From Kudoa neothunni (Eukaryota > Animalia > Cnidaria): a stretch of 64,000 bases of DNA. Made by a program: the position numbers and the translations under genes. The stretch spans positions 9,637,245-9,701,244 of the forward strand of contig OZ199838.1 of assembly GCA_964304625.1 (NCBI GenBank). The letters run 5' to 3'. Below are positions 24,167 to 37,662 of this stretch, one piece after another. Every line of letters begins with the position of its first letter. The stretch's first letter is position 1. The notes beneath the pieces were generated by a model that was not told where the DNA came from, searched no databases, and saw only the letters and a program-made list of their open reading frames with translations.

Positions 24167-27100
24167 CCCTCTAACGATACTGGGTCGAATCGATCCCAAA
24201 GTAGAATTGAATAACGAATAACTTTTTTTTCCATAGCTTCAATGTTCTTGAATTCAAGCTATTCTTTACAAATATATTCTTCTGTGTAAATGAGGAAAAT
24301 TGGATAATTTAGGCCAAATTATGTAGTCAAAATTTGAAGAATACCCCCTAACGATCATTTGGGGTCGATTCGACCCATCTTTTTATTTCACCATGTTGTA
24401 CCTAAATTTTATTAAATTTATTACGTGAGATATCAAAAAAATTTACCGACAGGATTCTAAGGAAAATCAAAATTAATCCACGAACTAATCTTATGCAACC
24501 TAATCGAACACATTGCTCGTGCACAATTTCGGCGATCGATTGCTCAAGATAATATAAAATATTTTTTTCCTTCAGTAGTAATTTAGTATCAGGACAATAT
24601 CTATAGATTCTAAACTAAATTTTTGATTCCATAACGATGAGTCTTCTGATAGTGAATATGTGGATGTTGTAATTGAGGATCTCTCAAGAAACTGCTGACG
24701 ACGATCTGGGCATATGCGATAATTCATTTATTAGAAAATATGGGTTAGTTTACAATATTAAGAAAAGATCTACGTCAAGAACGAGCGCATAAAACGTTTT
24801 TTTGAACTCTCCGCCGCGTTCAACAATCTATACGATGTTGAGAGTAAAATCAATGCTTGATTGTTGTTATTTGTATATTGTGCAATCGTCATTTTTGCAT
24901 TGATCAGTTAGTTAGAAATTTCACTAAGTGTTTCAAAATTGAAAAAAATAAACCACGGGAAATAATATATTACGTAGGTAGTGTTATGTTATGGTTGAAT
25001 GTTCGAATGCGTATTTTTTTAAAGTGCACAAAATCATAAAGCTATCTTTTATGTTTGTTTTAATTTCGGTAAAATTTTGTTAAAATTGTAGTATCTAGCA
25101 TCATTAAATTAGTTTGTATAGATGAATCTCATTTCACAATGTAGTTTTCGTTTCCTCATTATGTAATATTAACGGATTATCGAAGATTAATGGGCTAGTA
25201 AACATTAATTGGTTAAAATGCAGAATAGTGGCCGAATTTTCAGATTATAGATTATAATTAGTTCGAATATTAATCCTATATTTTTACACCAGGATTAGCG
25301 TTATATTTATTCTATAGGTTTTGCCAGGAATGACTTATTTTCATTCGATATATTAATTTTGATATTATGGTTATGCATTTTCTACAGTTGAACCCCTAAT
25401 GCATACATAAAATACGAGTTCTTTTTTCTTATAGACAAAGATTTAACAATAGGCAATCGCTAAGGATGAAATATGACAATCCAACAAAATTAGAATTGTC
25501 CAACTTAAATTCTACAACGCATAGAGCATGCCTTACTTAGCCAACTTAACCGCCGTAAGATGGAGCTCCAAAAACTAACGCAGACGACCAAGGGGATACA
25601 CTATGCACCCCAGAAAATTTTCATGTTATTGCACTTATGTGTCAAAACACGTCATCTCATATTCTTGGAAATTATTTTAACATTAAAAAAACCATACACA
25701 AGTAAAAATAATTTAGCTATACAGTAAGAAACACGCATTTAACTAATAATCACGATTCGGGAAACAGGACGACGAATCAGCTATATATCGACAGGAGTAT
25801 ATATTACAATAAAATAAAACTCCGAATGAATTCTTAGAGGAGTCAACACTCAGCTTCAATATTTTTTCGCAACTCTATCGTACCGCTAGCAAACTCGGCG
25901 GTTGTAGATGACCGGTTATTCTCGTTAATCCCATAGATGAATATTGAGATTAATTTGGAGAGGATTTCTTTTTCAATCAGGGAATCACCTTTCAAATATA
26001 ATTTCAAATTTAATAATTGGATAAGAAAAAATATCCACTAACGAGAAATAATGAAGGAAAAATGAAATCAATTACGTGTGTATGCGTAATGCGTACACTT
26101 AACTAAATGACGGTAATAAAGTATTTTTGAGTTATTTGCATTATTACCTCTCACGCCATATTACGTTGTTGTTAACTGTTGCTTTATTAGTTAAATTGAG
26201 TTTTTAACACAAAATAAAAAGTTGGCGAATAAATATATCAACTAAAAAAAATTTGAATATATTAATTATCAAAATTTTGAGTAAAGTGTAATTTTTTCGC
26301 CTTGTAGATTTCGTTATATTCTCCATATAAATGAATATCTTACATTCAAAGAATGTTTGCCCAAAACGTAGTCCGTAATTTAAATAGATATATTGAGGTT
26401 AAATTATTTTATGAACGTAAGTTTGACTTCAAATTGAAATCAAACTATATTCTAAATTATTTTTTGAATCTAATGAGAACGATATACAGTTTTTTTGGAA
26501 CATTTAGTGCGAAATTCTGGTCTTTTTGACAATATTCCTTGAACAGTGAGTGTATCTTCACTGTACTAAGATTAAAATTATTTCCTTAGAAACAGATGTT
26601 GGATCGTCCCTCATGTATTTGTTAAATAATACAATTTTAATTTTAATATGAGAATAAGGAATATTTCCGAAACTTCGACGACTCAAAATATTTGATTTGA
26701 TGAATTCCACTGCAAGTTCTCGAAGGAAATATTGTCACCGATTTCGATCACTTGTTCATCACTCTGGAAATGTTGATACACATATTATACAAGCGTTAAA
26801 TGCTGGCACGTCGATAAGGTCTATAAACCTCCTGAAGTGACATCTTCTCGTTATACAAACACAACTGTATCGTTGCGCCATTCGATCACCACTGTCAAAC
26901 CCTTTTTGGTTTGATTATAATCGCTAATAATTTCAGAGTCGTTTTTATATGAACGCTCAATAGAATTATCATGGAAATCTGTTGGCGATAGAAAAATACA
27001 CGTACCTGCAAAACCCAAATAACAAAACTACCAATCGCGTATGTCTTAAATTAACCCAAAAGTAATCTCATCGCCCCTCGGACTCTGTTGGCTTAGGTTA

Positions 27101-27706
27101 AAAGTATGATTTTTTAGAGTTCTTACAGATTTTATTGAGTTTTATTAATGTGAAAATTAATTTTACATCGTAGAGTAATGATTGCGTATCTTTTTTAATG
27201 AGATTTCAAGCTGACGTTGGTCATCTGTTTAAAAGAGTTATATTAAGTCAATTTCTTTCAAACTGAATACTCTGAATTTTTTAAATAAATCAATGAATTA
27301 TATTGGGAAATGTCGCTGAATATAAGGTCGATACTTAATTTTTAAAAGGGGAAAGTTTCAAAAATACAAAAATTAGGGTGCATAATGCACCCCCTTCATC
27401 CCAGGAGGATTAATTGGTGGTATAGCCTGTCGAAATAATCGCGAAGGGCTAGGAGTTCTCTGCACTAATAGATTACTGCAAATGCTATTGTGATGACAAA
27501 TAGCGGGCGCTGAAAGTACCCAAATGACGGAGAAACACTGATCTATACTCATTATTAAAATATTCAACGAGGTCGTTTTTGTACGTTGTCGCTGATTTGG
27601 ATTACGTACACTATGATACATTTATACCAAAATAAAATAAAAATTTGGGGTCGATTCGACCCCAAATGATCGTTGGAGGTAAGTCGTTGTTATGATCATT
27701 AGTGGT
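24167..27706. mobile_element. Decayed piggyBac element (first of three abutting elements)
   Basis: TTAA|CCCTCTAACGAT left end. Palindromes GGGTCGAATCGAYCC / GGGGTCGATTCGACCC at 24181, 24361 and 27647. Degenerate right end ...ATCATTAGTGGT|TTAA (TTAA at 27707-27710). Confidence 0.75.
25550..27409 (-). mobile_element. Older piggyBac nested in the 24167-27706 element
   Basis: TTAA at 25546 and 27410, with degenerate TIRs. Palindromes GGG(A)TRCAYWATGCACCC at 25591 and 27376. Minus-strand remnant KGFDSGDRMAQRYSC..TRR.HFRRFIDLIDVPAFNA at about 26790-26910. Confidence 0.65.
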
Positions 27707-27710
27707 TTAA

Positions 27711-30700
27711 TCTTCCCTGTATTGAGTGAAAAAATTACTACCGTGCCGAGGTGGGGGTGGGGCACTCAGCGACCCCAGAAGAAATAAATGTTAATGAAAT
27801 TTCACTGCGCTCGAATTATTATCAATTAATTTATTGTATAGTACTAAGCTAATAAAAACCAAAATTTAACTAAATTTTTATTTCCTTCATTACAAAAAAT
27901 GGTATTGTTTGTTAGTCGCATCATTTTGCACAAAAAATGAAATGCATGGGTTTAAATCGGTAACATTTCGTCAATGGTGATTGATTTGCACGCATAATTC
28001 ATTTTTCTAACCAGAAAACTTAAAAAAACAAAATTTTAGCAAGGTATATGCTACCAACGACAAACCACACATCGAAACGCAACTTTTGGTTGTAGTCGGT
28101 ATAAGCAGATTCTGGATCCCAATGACGCAGGATTTTGTATTTTTTCTGTTTGCTGAATTCTTCAGTCATAATCCATGGCGTTTTAAATACACACGTTTTT
28201 TATTATTTACTGACATTAGAATCCAATTTATGTGAGTTCTAAGCTTCCATTTCTCAGTCGAGTTAATTTCCTCTTTTTTAAACTTCGATCATTATATTTA
28301 TTGGAAAGACAAAATGTAATGGTTTAATTTTTGGTTTTGCGGATAAAACACCAACAATATTATGAACGAACAAATCAGTTTGAGTAAATGTAATATCAGA
28401 AAATTACGTGTATCAATAGTTATGTTCCTTAACAACCGTTTTTTTTGAGACCAATTCAAGTTTTTAAACGTTTATATATCCTGTTATTAATGAATCATTC
28501 AAATGGACATCCGAGGGAAATATTTCTTATTATTTAAAATGCAATAAACATTACAGGCAGTTAATTGTTCATTATAATTGATATTTTACTATCAAAAAAT
28601 CTTTTGCGGGTGACCTTAATTTTTAAACGCCCAAACTTTTTCAACGAGAGGTTTAAATATGTACATCAAAATGTTGAAAAATTTTTTTCAAATCCCATGT
28701 AATTTACGGTTAGAGAATAAAACGTTACTTCTCTCTTCATTGATTTCGTGAAATCATTGTATCGGTCAAAATCGTATAGTTTTAAAACACTTAGAACCAT
28801 ACCAATTATCGATTCGAATGTTAAACGTTTATTTTGGATTTAATCGGTGAATTAAGCATAGGTTGAGTCAAAATGCATGATCAATAATACAAAAATAATG
28901 TGACGCAAAGATTAATTATTGTGTCTTATATTTAAATAAATTAGCATCAATATTTTACTTGGTATATTGGCCACACCATTATATTCACACAAGGTTGAGA
29001 ACATAAAAAAACAAACACAAACTTTTGGCAATTAAAACAATATCTGTGATTTTCTGTCATGGTTTCTTTGACATAAAAAACATTCTATCCTACTTAATTG
29101 TTGCGAAGAACCTGATTCGAATGACAAAGAATCGTTGTTGGTATTTTCATCAAATAGATGAAATCCATACTTAATGTTAATTGGCAATCTTTCTTGGTTA
29201 TTTTGGCGCCGTGATACAAGTTCTCGTGCCAATTCAATGGATAATAGTCGTATAAAACATTGTCTCCGACTTCTACTTGATTATTGCCACTCAGGACGCT
29301 TTTTTATCCATAAAATATAGGCATTTAAGCAAGTTATATCGACCAAGTCCATAAAAAATTTTAATGGCCATCTTCTCGTAGGTCTGCTGCAGGAATATTG
29401 AGCGGTCATCTTGTCAGCCGTATCAACATCATTCTTAGTTTTGTTGTAGTGCATGATAATGTTTGGCCTCTTTCGGTCTTCGTCATGGATTGAGTTATCA
29501 TGGTGTTGACTAGACAAGAGGTTTACGGCGTAGTTTTTTTTGGCACGTGCGAGACCAACGTGATATCCCCATAAAAACAAAAAATGGATGAAAAAAACAT
29601 CACGTTTCCGTGACTTGATAAAATCATCCTGAATTTCTCTTTTGTTTGCCCTCACAGTTCCCGTCAGAGTTAAGCCATTGCACAAGAGTTCCTGAGCAAG
29701 AGGAACAGAGGTGAAAAAATTGTCCGTTGTAACATCTCGGTGGATGCCATAAAACATGGAAATGAGATCTTCCATTACCGGGGCTCCTTGGTTTATATCT
29801 CTATTGCCACAAAACTTACCAGTATATGGTTGAATGTTGAGGAGATATGAAGTTTCAGCATCCGCGGCGACTCACAATTTGATGCCATAACGACCTGGCA
29901 TACTCTTCATATAGACTTTGAAAGAACATCTCTTTATAAATTTAACCAGTCTCTCTTCAACCGTTAGATACGGCCCAGGCCAATAATTTTTCAAACAGTT
30001 TACATTAAACATGTTAAAACTTTTTCGTATTGCCTCAAAACTATCATTCGATACCTGTTCCCGTGTTTGCCTAATATCTTTATCATTAAACCATAAGATC
30101 TGGTAAATATGATTGAAACGATCTCTAGAGAGCGCCCAAGAATAATAAAATTGTTTGAATAAGGGTTCGATATCCCATACCTTTCTGTGACTTAAGCATG
30201 AGCCATTCGTCCGGCCGAGGTGAGCAATACCCCCATACAGATTTTCAGCTCATCAATTAAACTTCTCCTTCAAACAAACTTTTGTATTGTTGGCGGTATT
30301 AATTTTTACATTCGATTAACTCTGCGAGGATATCACTTGAAATAAATATTCCAAATGCGTCAACTATTGTTTCAAAACTGGCCTTATTATTTAGAAAATC
30401 TATAGTGGGCTGAGGAATCATATTATGGGAACGTTCTCTTGTTCGTAATCGAGGTGATATATTCCACTCAAAACCAGATCGAGAAATTAGCACATCAAGA
30501 TTTTAATTGATAGGAATAGAGTTTAAGTCACCTAAAAATTCTTGAATCACACCTACATTACTTATACCTTCAATAGAATCATCAGATGAGGTGTCATCGG
30601 ACTCGGAAAATTCATATTCTGAAACATCGTCGTTGCCGCTTGATGAATCTTCAATAAGTCGATTTATCTTCTCCGACATAATTTTTTAGCATAATACTCA

Positions 30701-31156
30701 TTTCTATTATAAAAGAAAATTATTATAATTGAAACATAATAATTTACTTAAGTAGTATCAAACAGTAACGAACAGTTTTCCACTGGCGGAAGATTAACCC
30801 AACACTGTAGGATTAATTTTCCTAAATTTCCAAACAATCTTACTACAGTAAAATTTTAACTTTTCCGATAATAATATAATTAATTCCAAACTATTAAAAT
30901 TAATTAAATAAACAATATATCAAAATAAGAAAGTGACGTTTGAATGTTAACATAAATTTTTGAAAACGTGCCATTTTGCAAAGCAAAAATATTTAACTTA
31001 AAACGAAATTCGATAACTTTTATCATCTGAAAAGAATCCTAAAACATCAAAGAGGCATTCAGAAAGTTAGTGAGAAATTAATATAGTTTTCCATGAATTA
31101 TGAACAAAATGCGCCCTTTGGGGGGTCACTCAGTGGCTCACCTCGGACAGGCAGGA
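27711..31156 (-). mobile_element. piggyBac element (PGBD4-like) with frameshifted transposase at about 29030-30700
   Basis: Bounded by TTAA at 27707 and 31157; degenerate TIRs TCTTCCCTGT / ACAGGCAGGA. Transposase motifs LTVEE, VTTDNFFTSVPLA, YNKTKNDVDTADKM..YSC.RPTRRWP. Confidence 0.88.
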
Positions 31157-31160
31157 TTAA

Positions 31161-32139
31161 CCCTTTGTAGACAATCATCGGACAGACACGTAAAGATTGA
31201 ATTGGGCTCTAAGAGCCCATCCGGCTTAGTTTAGTCATTTTAGAGCTCAACAATTAATCGGTTAGCTGTCTTTACGCTTTATTAACACATCAAAGATGTC
31301 TTCTCATTGAATATCACATTTTACACACTGATTCAGGCTAATACATTTTAGATTAAAATTAAGTATTTTTAAAATTCGCTTAGATAAATTCGTCGCTAAT
31401 TGTAAAAAAACACAAGCTCAGTATCAGGTAACATATCGAATATGAAATGAAATATGATTCTAATAGGTTTTTTTAATTTCTTTTTTACTCGCATATTATT
31501 TAAAAGAAAGCTAGATGACTTCAATTAGAATAAAAATCGAAAAATTACTATAAGAGTTTCTATTCTTGTTCCAACATCATAATCAGTTTCTTATGTTAAT
31601 TGCTTTTTGTATATACCTAATTGTAATTTTATTAAAAATCGGGAAATATTTTTAAAAAGATTTTTTACATTTTATTATAATTCACAATTTTACATTAACA
31701 GAAAAATCAGATAATTATGTATCAACAGTAAACGGTTTAATAAATAGAAACAGATACATGACGACTGAATCAAATGGAAATCTTCGGCAGACTCATTAAA
31801 ATCTTCATAGGTATCATTCAATTCATCAGATGCAATGCTTCCGGTGTCGGATGGATAAAAATCACTGGAACCAATAAGATCTATCATGGTAAGAAGAAAT
31901 CACATGTAAGAGATTAATTGAGCATAGAACCAGAATTAAGGATATAACAATAATCCATTTTAGTTAAAACTCGACTTAAGATCAGGAGGAAAAAATTGTT
32001 CATTAATAATATGAATCTTTAGAAAACGTAACATAATGAATTTACATGAAATTCAAGTTTAAAACAATGACTTATTCGAGGTTGAACACCAATTTAATGA
32101 GCGGGTGGGCTCGTGGAGCCCATGATTATCTACAAAGGG
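31161..32139. mobile_element. Non-autonomous piggyBac element
   Basis: TTAA|CCCTTTGTAGACAATCAT ... ATGATTATCTACAAAGGG|TTAA. Palindromes TGGGCTC-N3-GAGCCCA at about 31203 and 32106. Acidic N-terminal remnant at 31690-31887 (minus). Confidence 0.9.
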
Positions 32140-32143
32140 TTAA

Positions 32144-32590
32144 CCACCATTTGGAGATAAGTACATAATTTTTTAAAATACTGTATATGATGCTAGAAAA
32201 TATCTAAGGAACGGTGATTGCGCCATCGTTTTAAATTTCTAGTATCGAATCGATTAAACTCAACCAAATTAAAAATTATAGCTAATCAATTTAATTTATA
32301 AGTTTAAATAATTTTAAATTCTTATAAACGGGAATCAAATAAACCTAGAAACATGTATCTTATCGATTCGTACGTTTTACATTCAGAATCTTGCTATATT
32401 AGTGTGTTGATTTCTTTTTTGTTTCAATTAAAATAAAATCAAATAAAAACGTTAAAGTAATTAAATGAGAATTTTCAATTAACATTCATCTATTAAAGTA
32501 ATGTATTGGTGGTCTTCAAGTAAGTCCACAATATTCGCGCGCACATTCGAATGTTAGGGAGCTCCGCGGGCCGCACTTTGGTGACCCCTG
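32144..32590. repeat. Right part of a hAT-type MITE (same family as 14284-19969)
   Basis: Similar to 14284-14655. Ends in CCGCGGGCCGCACTTTGGTGACCCCTG, a Charlie/Ac-type TIR. Confidence 0.75.
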
Positions 32591-33132
32591 CGCCAATGGA
32601 TACTGTCTTTGCCCATGTATTAAACTATAATAAAATCGAATATGGATTGCATTTTAAAACATTTTTAATATAAGTTTTATGTCATTGAAAGTTTTTTTAA
32701 ATATTTCTTTTATGAGTTTTTATAAATTGTAAATTCATATAAACAAACTAAATTAAATATTATTAAATGGAACATTTTTTACTTGATTTGTGTTATAAAA
32801 TTTTTCCTGGTTGTAAACACCCCGACTTCATTAGACTAACAAATAAAAGCTCACAAAACTAAGTATAGATATATTTATCTACTTCAGTTCTGTCACTGTT
32901 GAGTCTACAGTTATGCAGTATGATTCAATTCCATAATGATTAATTAAGAGAATATTCCCGGTTGAATAACGCTCTATTTGTTTTAAGTCACTTTGAAATT
33001 AAATATTGGGTTATTTAATGGAAAAGAAAAAACAATAAACTAGATGATACAATTTGGGCATTATAAATCAAATATTGTATTTCAAATTTTCATGGGAATA
33101 AGAGTTCGTATTCCCAGCATTATTCTTTTAAT

Positions 33133-36100
33133 ATGATTAGTAGGATGTTATTTGAAGATAGAGTTCTGCTGTTTAGGAATATGCTTATTTTGAGTAGATA
33201 AATTAAACTGAGTGAAATGAATGATATTTAGGTTTACTTATTGGATATACTTTCCAATTGTATGACGATTGCTCAGAATGTATAAAACTCACGTCATTTG
33301 GTTGGTGCGCTGATCTAGTCTGTTCCAGTATACTCGCTTGTAACTGAATAAAAATAGGAATTTGAGAAAGAGCGATGCCTTCCCATAACTGAATCAAGCA
33401 GTTGTAGAGATTTTATCAAATTTAAAGATGTGAATGTTACTGTATGACTACAATTCAGAGTTACCGAGAGTAATGTAGAAAATATAGCATTTGGCCAGTA
33501 TCAATATGACTGAAAGAAAGATAGACCCACAAAAATTTAGAATATCAAATCTTAGACCATGTATTATTTCCCTAAAACCCTGTTTAAAACTTCTACAATA
33601 ATTAAATATCATTGCATATAGTGGCACCTAAACAAATAGAGACATTAGTTCAAGTTCCCCAATCTCTCCCTCTTGATATCTACATAGTGATTGATAGTTC
33701 ACAGTCTATGTATGGTACCAGACAAAGGCTGATAGATAACATATCTGTAACACGTATTGATTAAAGATATATATTTTTAATTTAGAAATATGACACTTTA
33801 ATGAAAATATAAACGAAAGAATATTTACTAATTAGAATTTAGTTGAGAAGGTTGATGATATAGGCGCCTCAAGTATTAGAATCGGCATCGGCCTATTTTT
33901 TGATAAAAATTATACACCAGTTAGAGCGTAATTTGTTATCAATTTTATAATGCATCAAATATATGAGTTATTGATCAGATATTCACCATACGAGTTTCAA
34001 CATTACATTTCTCTTACTGGAGATATAGATTTTCTACAGGTGAATTTATTTTAACTGCCTGTTCGATTGTTTACAATCTGTCAAAGGAGAAACTAATTGA
34101 ATTAAAGAATGATGATAGACTTTACTCCAATAACGACGAACCTGAATCCCCATATACGTCAATTTTACAGGCTGCTGTCTGTAAGGAGCAAGTATCCATC
34201 GATATATCAAGGATTATTTATTTATTTATTTAAATTTATATTTAGATAGGATGGATGCCTGAAAAACAATCGATTAAAATGATATTTGCCGCCACTGACG
34301 ATTTTCCTAAAACTGCTGGTGATGGAAGGGTATCTCCTGTCTTTTGTTTATTTAAGTTTTTTTAGTAACACATATTTAAATTCGCTTAATTTAGACTATG
34401 GGAATCATACATAAGTACAAAAATGTTTGTAACCTGGATGATTCGGGAGGATATCAAGAATTTACTGTTAGCTCATTAACTTTAACACTAAATTTATCCC
34501 ATCCTTTAGGATTATCCTGATGATAACATTTTATCGCAGGTGTTAAATGAGAATGATATTCAACTTACATTCTTAATATTGAACGAACGGAAAGAACCAT
34601 ACTATAAAGTATCATAAAATATTGATCAGTTAAAATATCCTGACGGTGCCATTTAGCAAATAGCCAAAAGTCTCAAGGAAATTAATGTTAATGTGATATA
34701 TGTTCAAAGCTCAGCAGATGTGGTTAATGAAATCAATAATGCTTCAAAAGTAGTTTATTTTAATTAATTCTATATTTTAGTATATTTACAGCGTATCCTC
34801 TCTGAAATAACTTTTATTCCGCCTGTTCAAGATGAATATACAAACATAACTGTAACACCTCTATGCGGGTAAATTTATTAATTTTTACTAATATTTTATT
34901 GAAAATTATTTAATAATAATATATAATACTTTGAGTTCCATATAAATTGCATTAGGGCATTTTAACTGAATGGTTAATAGGAATTCATCAATTTCTGATA
35001 GTGGTTATTTCTTGTGCCAAAATGATGGACCATTTAATGTTCAAATTGAGATTGTTGCCACTCAGTGCTACATAGAAAATAAAATATTAAAGTATCAATA
35101 TTATATAAAATAGATTATTTCAAACACCGTAGTTACTCAGTAACAATTGTTGGTTATGGCACTATTGATCTTGAACTCTCTACTGGCTGCACTTGCAACT
35201 GTTCTGACCCAAATTCTCCTTCATTCGTAATAATACAATATGAAACATATTCGTTAAATCGAATACTATCTTTCGTCGTTTTAGGAGGAAAAAAGTAATG
35301 CATGTTCTACTCAAGGAAATTTAGTATGCGGAAAATGTTACTGCGATAAGTCATAGTAATTTAATTTATTTTTTTGTTTTCTAATATGACAAAGTTCGGG
35401 AAAACTTTGCGAATGTCATGAATCAACTAGCAACTGCGTTAAATCAGGTGATCCAGAAAGTTTATTTTGCAGCGGAATTGGCCAATGCCAATGTAATAAG
35501 TGTAGTTGCGGAGTATGTGAGAAAAAAATAATAAAGTGCAGACTTTATATCAATTCATGTAGGATTCCCATACAACACTATTTTCAGGGAACTATTGCGA
35601 ATGTGATAATTCAAACTGTCAATCTAATATTGAAGAATTTTGCAGTGGACAAACTCACGGAACTTGTGATTGTGGTCAATGTCGTTGTCTACCGCAATAC
35701 ACTGGAACACTTTGTGAGGAGAAAAACTGTACTCATGAACATTGGAAAAACACTTGTAAAAAACAGAATGAAGACCTTGTATTTTATAAACTATAATTTT
35801 TATCTGGAAGAATTAAACTAAAAAAGGAATGTAATGGAAGAGGAGAATGTGAATGTGGACGTTGTCGATGTGAATACGGATTTTCTGGGGAATTCTGCGA
35901 AACTGAAGTAATCTAAAAGAGGACCTTATCTATATCTTTTAAAAATCCAGATTCAAACTGATGCATGCAACAAATATTCCAAGTGTGCTCTATGTAAAGT
36001 CTATGATAGAGAAGAGATTAAGGGTCAGGCGTGTATATCGTGTGATAATTTTGCCAACTTTACTACGGATGAGACACAACAACCGAAAAAAAACTATAAA

Positions 36101-36497
36101 TGTGTCACTTCTTTCGATAAATGCGATACTTATTTTTCAATTATAAATAAGGACAGTAGCCCATCATCACCCAGTACAAAAACTATACTCATAAAACCAA
36201 TTGATAAAAAGGACGGTAGATTTGATTACCGTTAAAATAAATAATTAATATTACTTTTTTAAGATTGTAAACCACCGTTCAGTCCATTAGTTACGATTCT
36301 AATTGTTGCAGCAGGTATCATTTTGTCTGCATTGATACTGGTTTTTTTGGCCTGGTTTATCAAATATCAGTACGATTTGGCTCAATACAAAAGATTCCAA
36401 TCGGAAGCTAATAATCCGCAAAGAAAAACCGTATCCATGTTAATGAGATGCTGTATAATTTTAATTTTAGGAAATGAATCCCTTATTCGATGGATAA
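33133..36497 (+). CDS. Integrin beta subunit, multi-exon
   Basis: Signal peptide; PSI domain ([23 protein letters not shown]); [13 protein letters not shown]; [14 protein letters not shown] (MIDAS); [11 protein letters not shown]; [22 protein letters not shown]; [13 protein letters not shown]; DYP; four I-EGF repeats; beta-tail domain; TM; cytoplasmic ...NPLFDG*. Confidence 0.95.
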
Positions 36498-37662
36498 TAT
36501 TTTGTTTGGCTACAAATCCAAATATAACAGCTTGATTCTTTTATTTTAATCTAATCGAATGATAATTATGAATGAAAAATTTATTAAGATTGAAATATTT
36601 ATTTGAATATCTGAAATTATTTTAATATGAAAAAAGGGGCATATTAAATTTTCGACTTTATTTCCTTTAATATTATGGGAATTTGATCCACTAAACATAT
36701 ACGTCTTGGGACCTTTGCTACTCCAAATCCTAACACCTAAAGGATACTGACTTTGTCGTGGGACGTATAGGATTTGTTTTGCCTTATATATTATCAAAAA
36801 TTCATCAGACTAATCTGGTCCTCCTCTGTAGGTTTAACTATAAATCGTTTTCAGCACACATAATAGTGTAAATAAATTTTGGTAACAATTTTTACCACGG
36901 AATCGAAACTAGGATTTTAAGAGCAGTTAAGTTGTCTTTCCGAAACACATATTGAACTCACAACCTCCATGACTAGAGTCACGACTAATAATATAAAAAT
37001 TCTAACATTGAATTTATTAGATATTCAACAAGGTCCAAAATCTCTCTAAATTTCGACATTAAGAGGATCATTCGAAATTTGTGGGGATTAACGAAAACAA
37101 TGTATGTCTACATCTAGTATGTTAGGTAAACAATTTCATGCATTTTTTAAAAATCTATTTAGTTAGAATATTTATCTTAAAATATTTCAACCTATAATTT
37201 TACAAAAATAAGATTAAAAATTATCTAAATAACGCAGCTAAAAAATATATAACTGATTGATTCACGCACTCTTTTGGGACACCCCCTGTTTGTTATTTAG
37301 TTAAATCTATACTTAATGCGAAAAAATCTCATTAAATTAAAATTACCACCAAAAAGTATAATATTATACAATATTATGAAAGTTTCTCATTTGTAGTGAT
37401 GTGATGGATGCTATTGTATCTCATTTTAAATATCAACTTCCTCGACTCTGAATAGGACCCTAAAAACTAGAGACTAAATAATTAAACACAATGAGGGTTG
37501 TCTAGTATCTAAAAATTGAAAATATTTGCGTTGTGGAAAAACTTCATCATAGTGATGAAGATATATACGAGTGGGTTAAGTGAACACCAAACAAACAGAT
37601 TGACTTTTTTACAAAGTCAAAAAAGGTGCAACTTGTTAGGTCGTGGCGTTATGGCTGGTTAA

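Noticed and set aside
32140-32515. A fourth piggyBac in the train (TTAA-CCACC...)
   Set aside because: The sequence continues to a hAT-type TIR at 32590 and matches the MITE at 14284-19969, so it is the insertion target.
37262-37290. Mariner-like TIR (reverse complement CAGGGGGTGTCCCAAAAG)
   Set aside because: No partner TIR or transposase was found, so boundaries cannot be supported.
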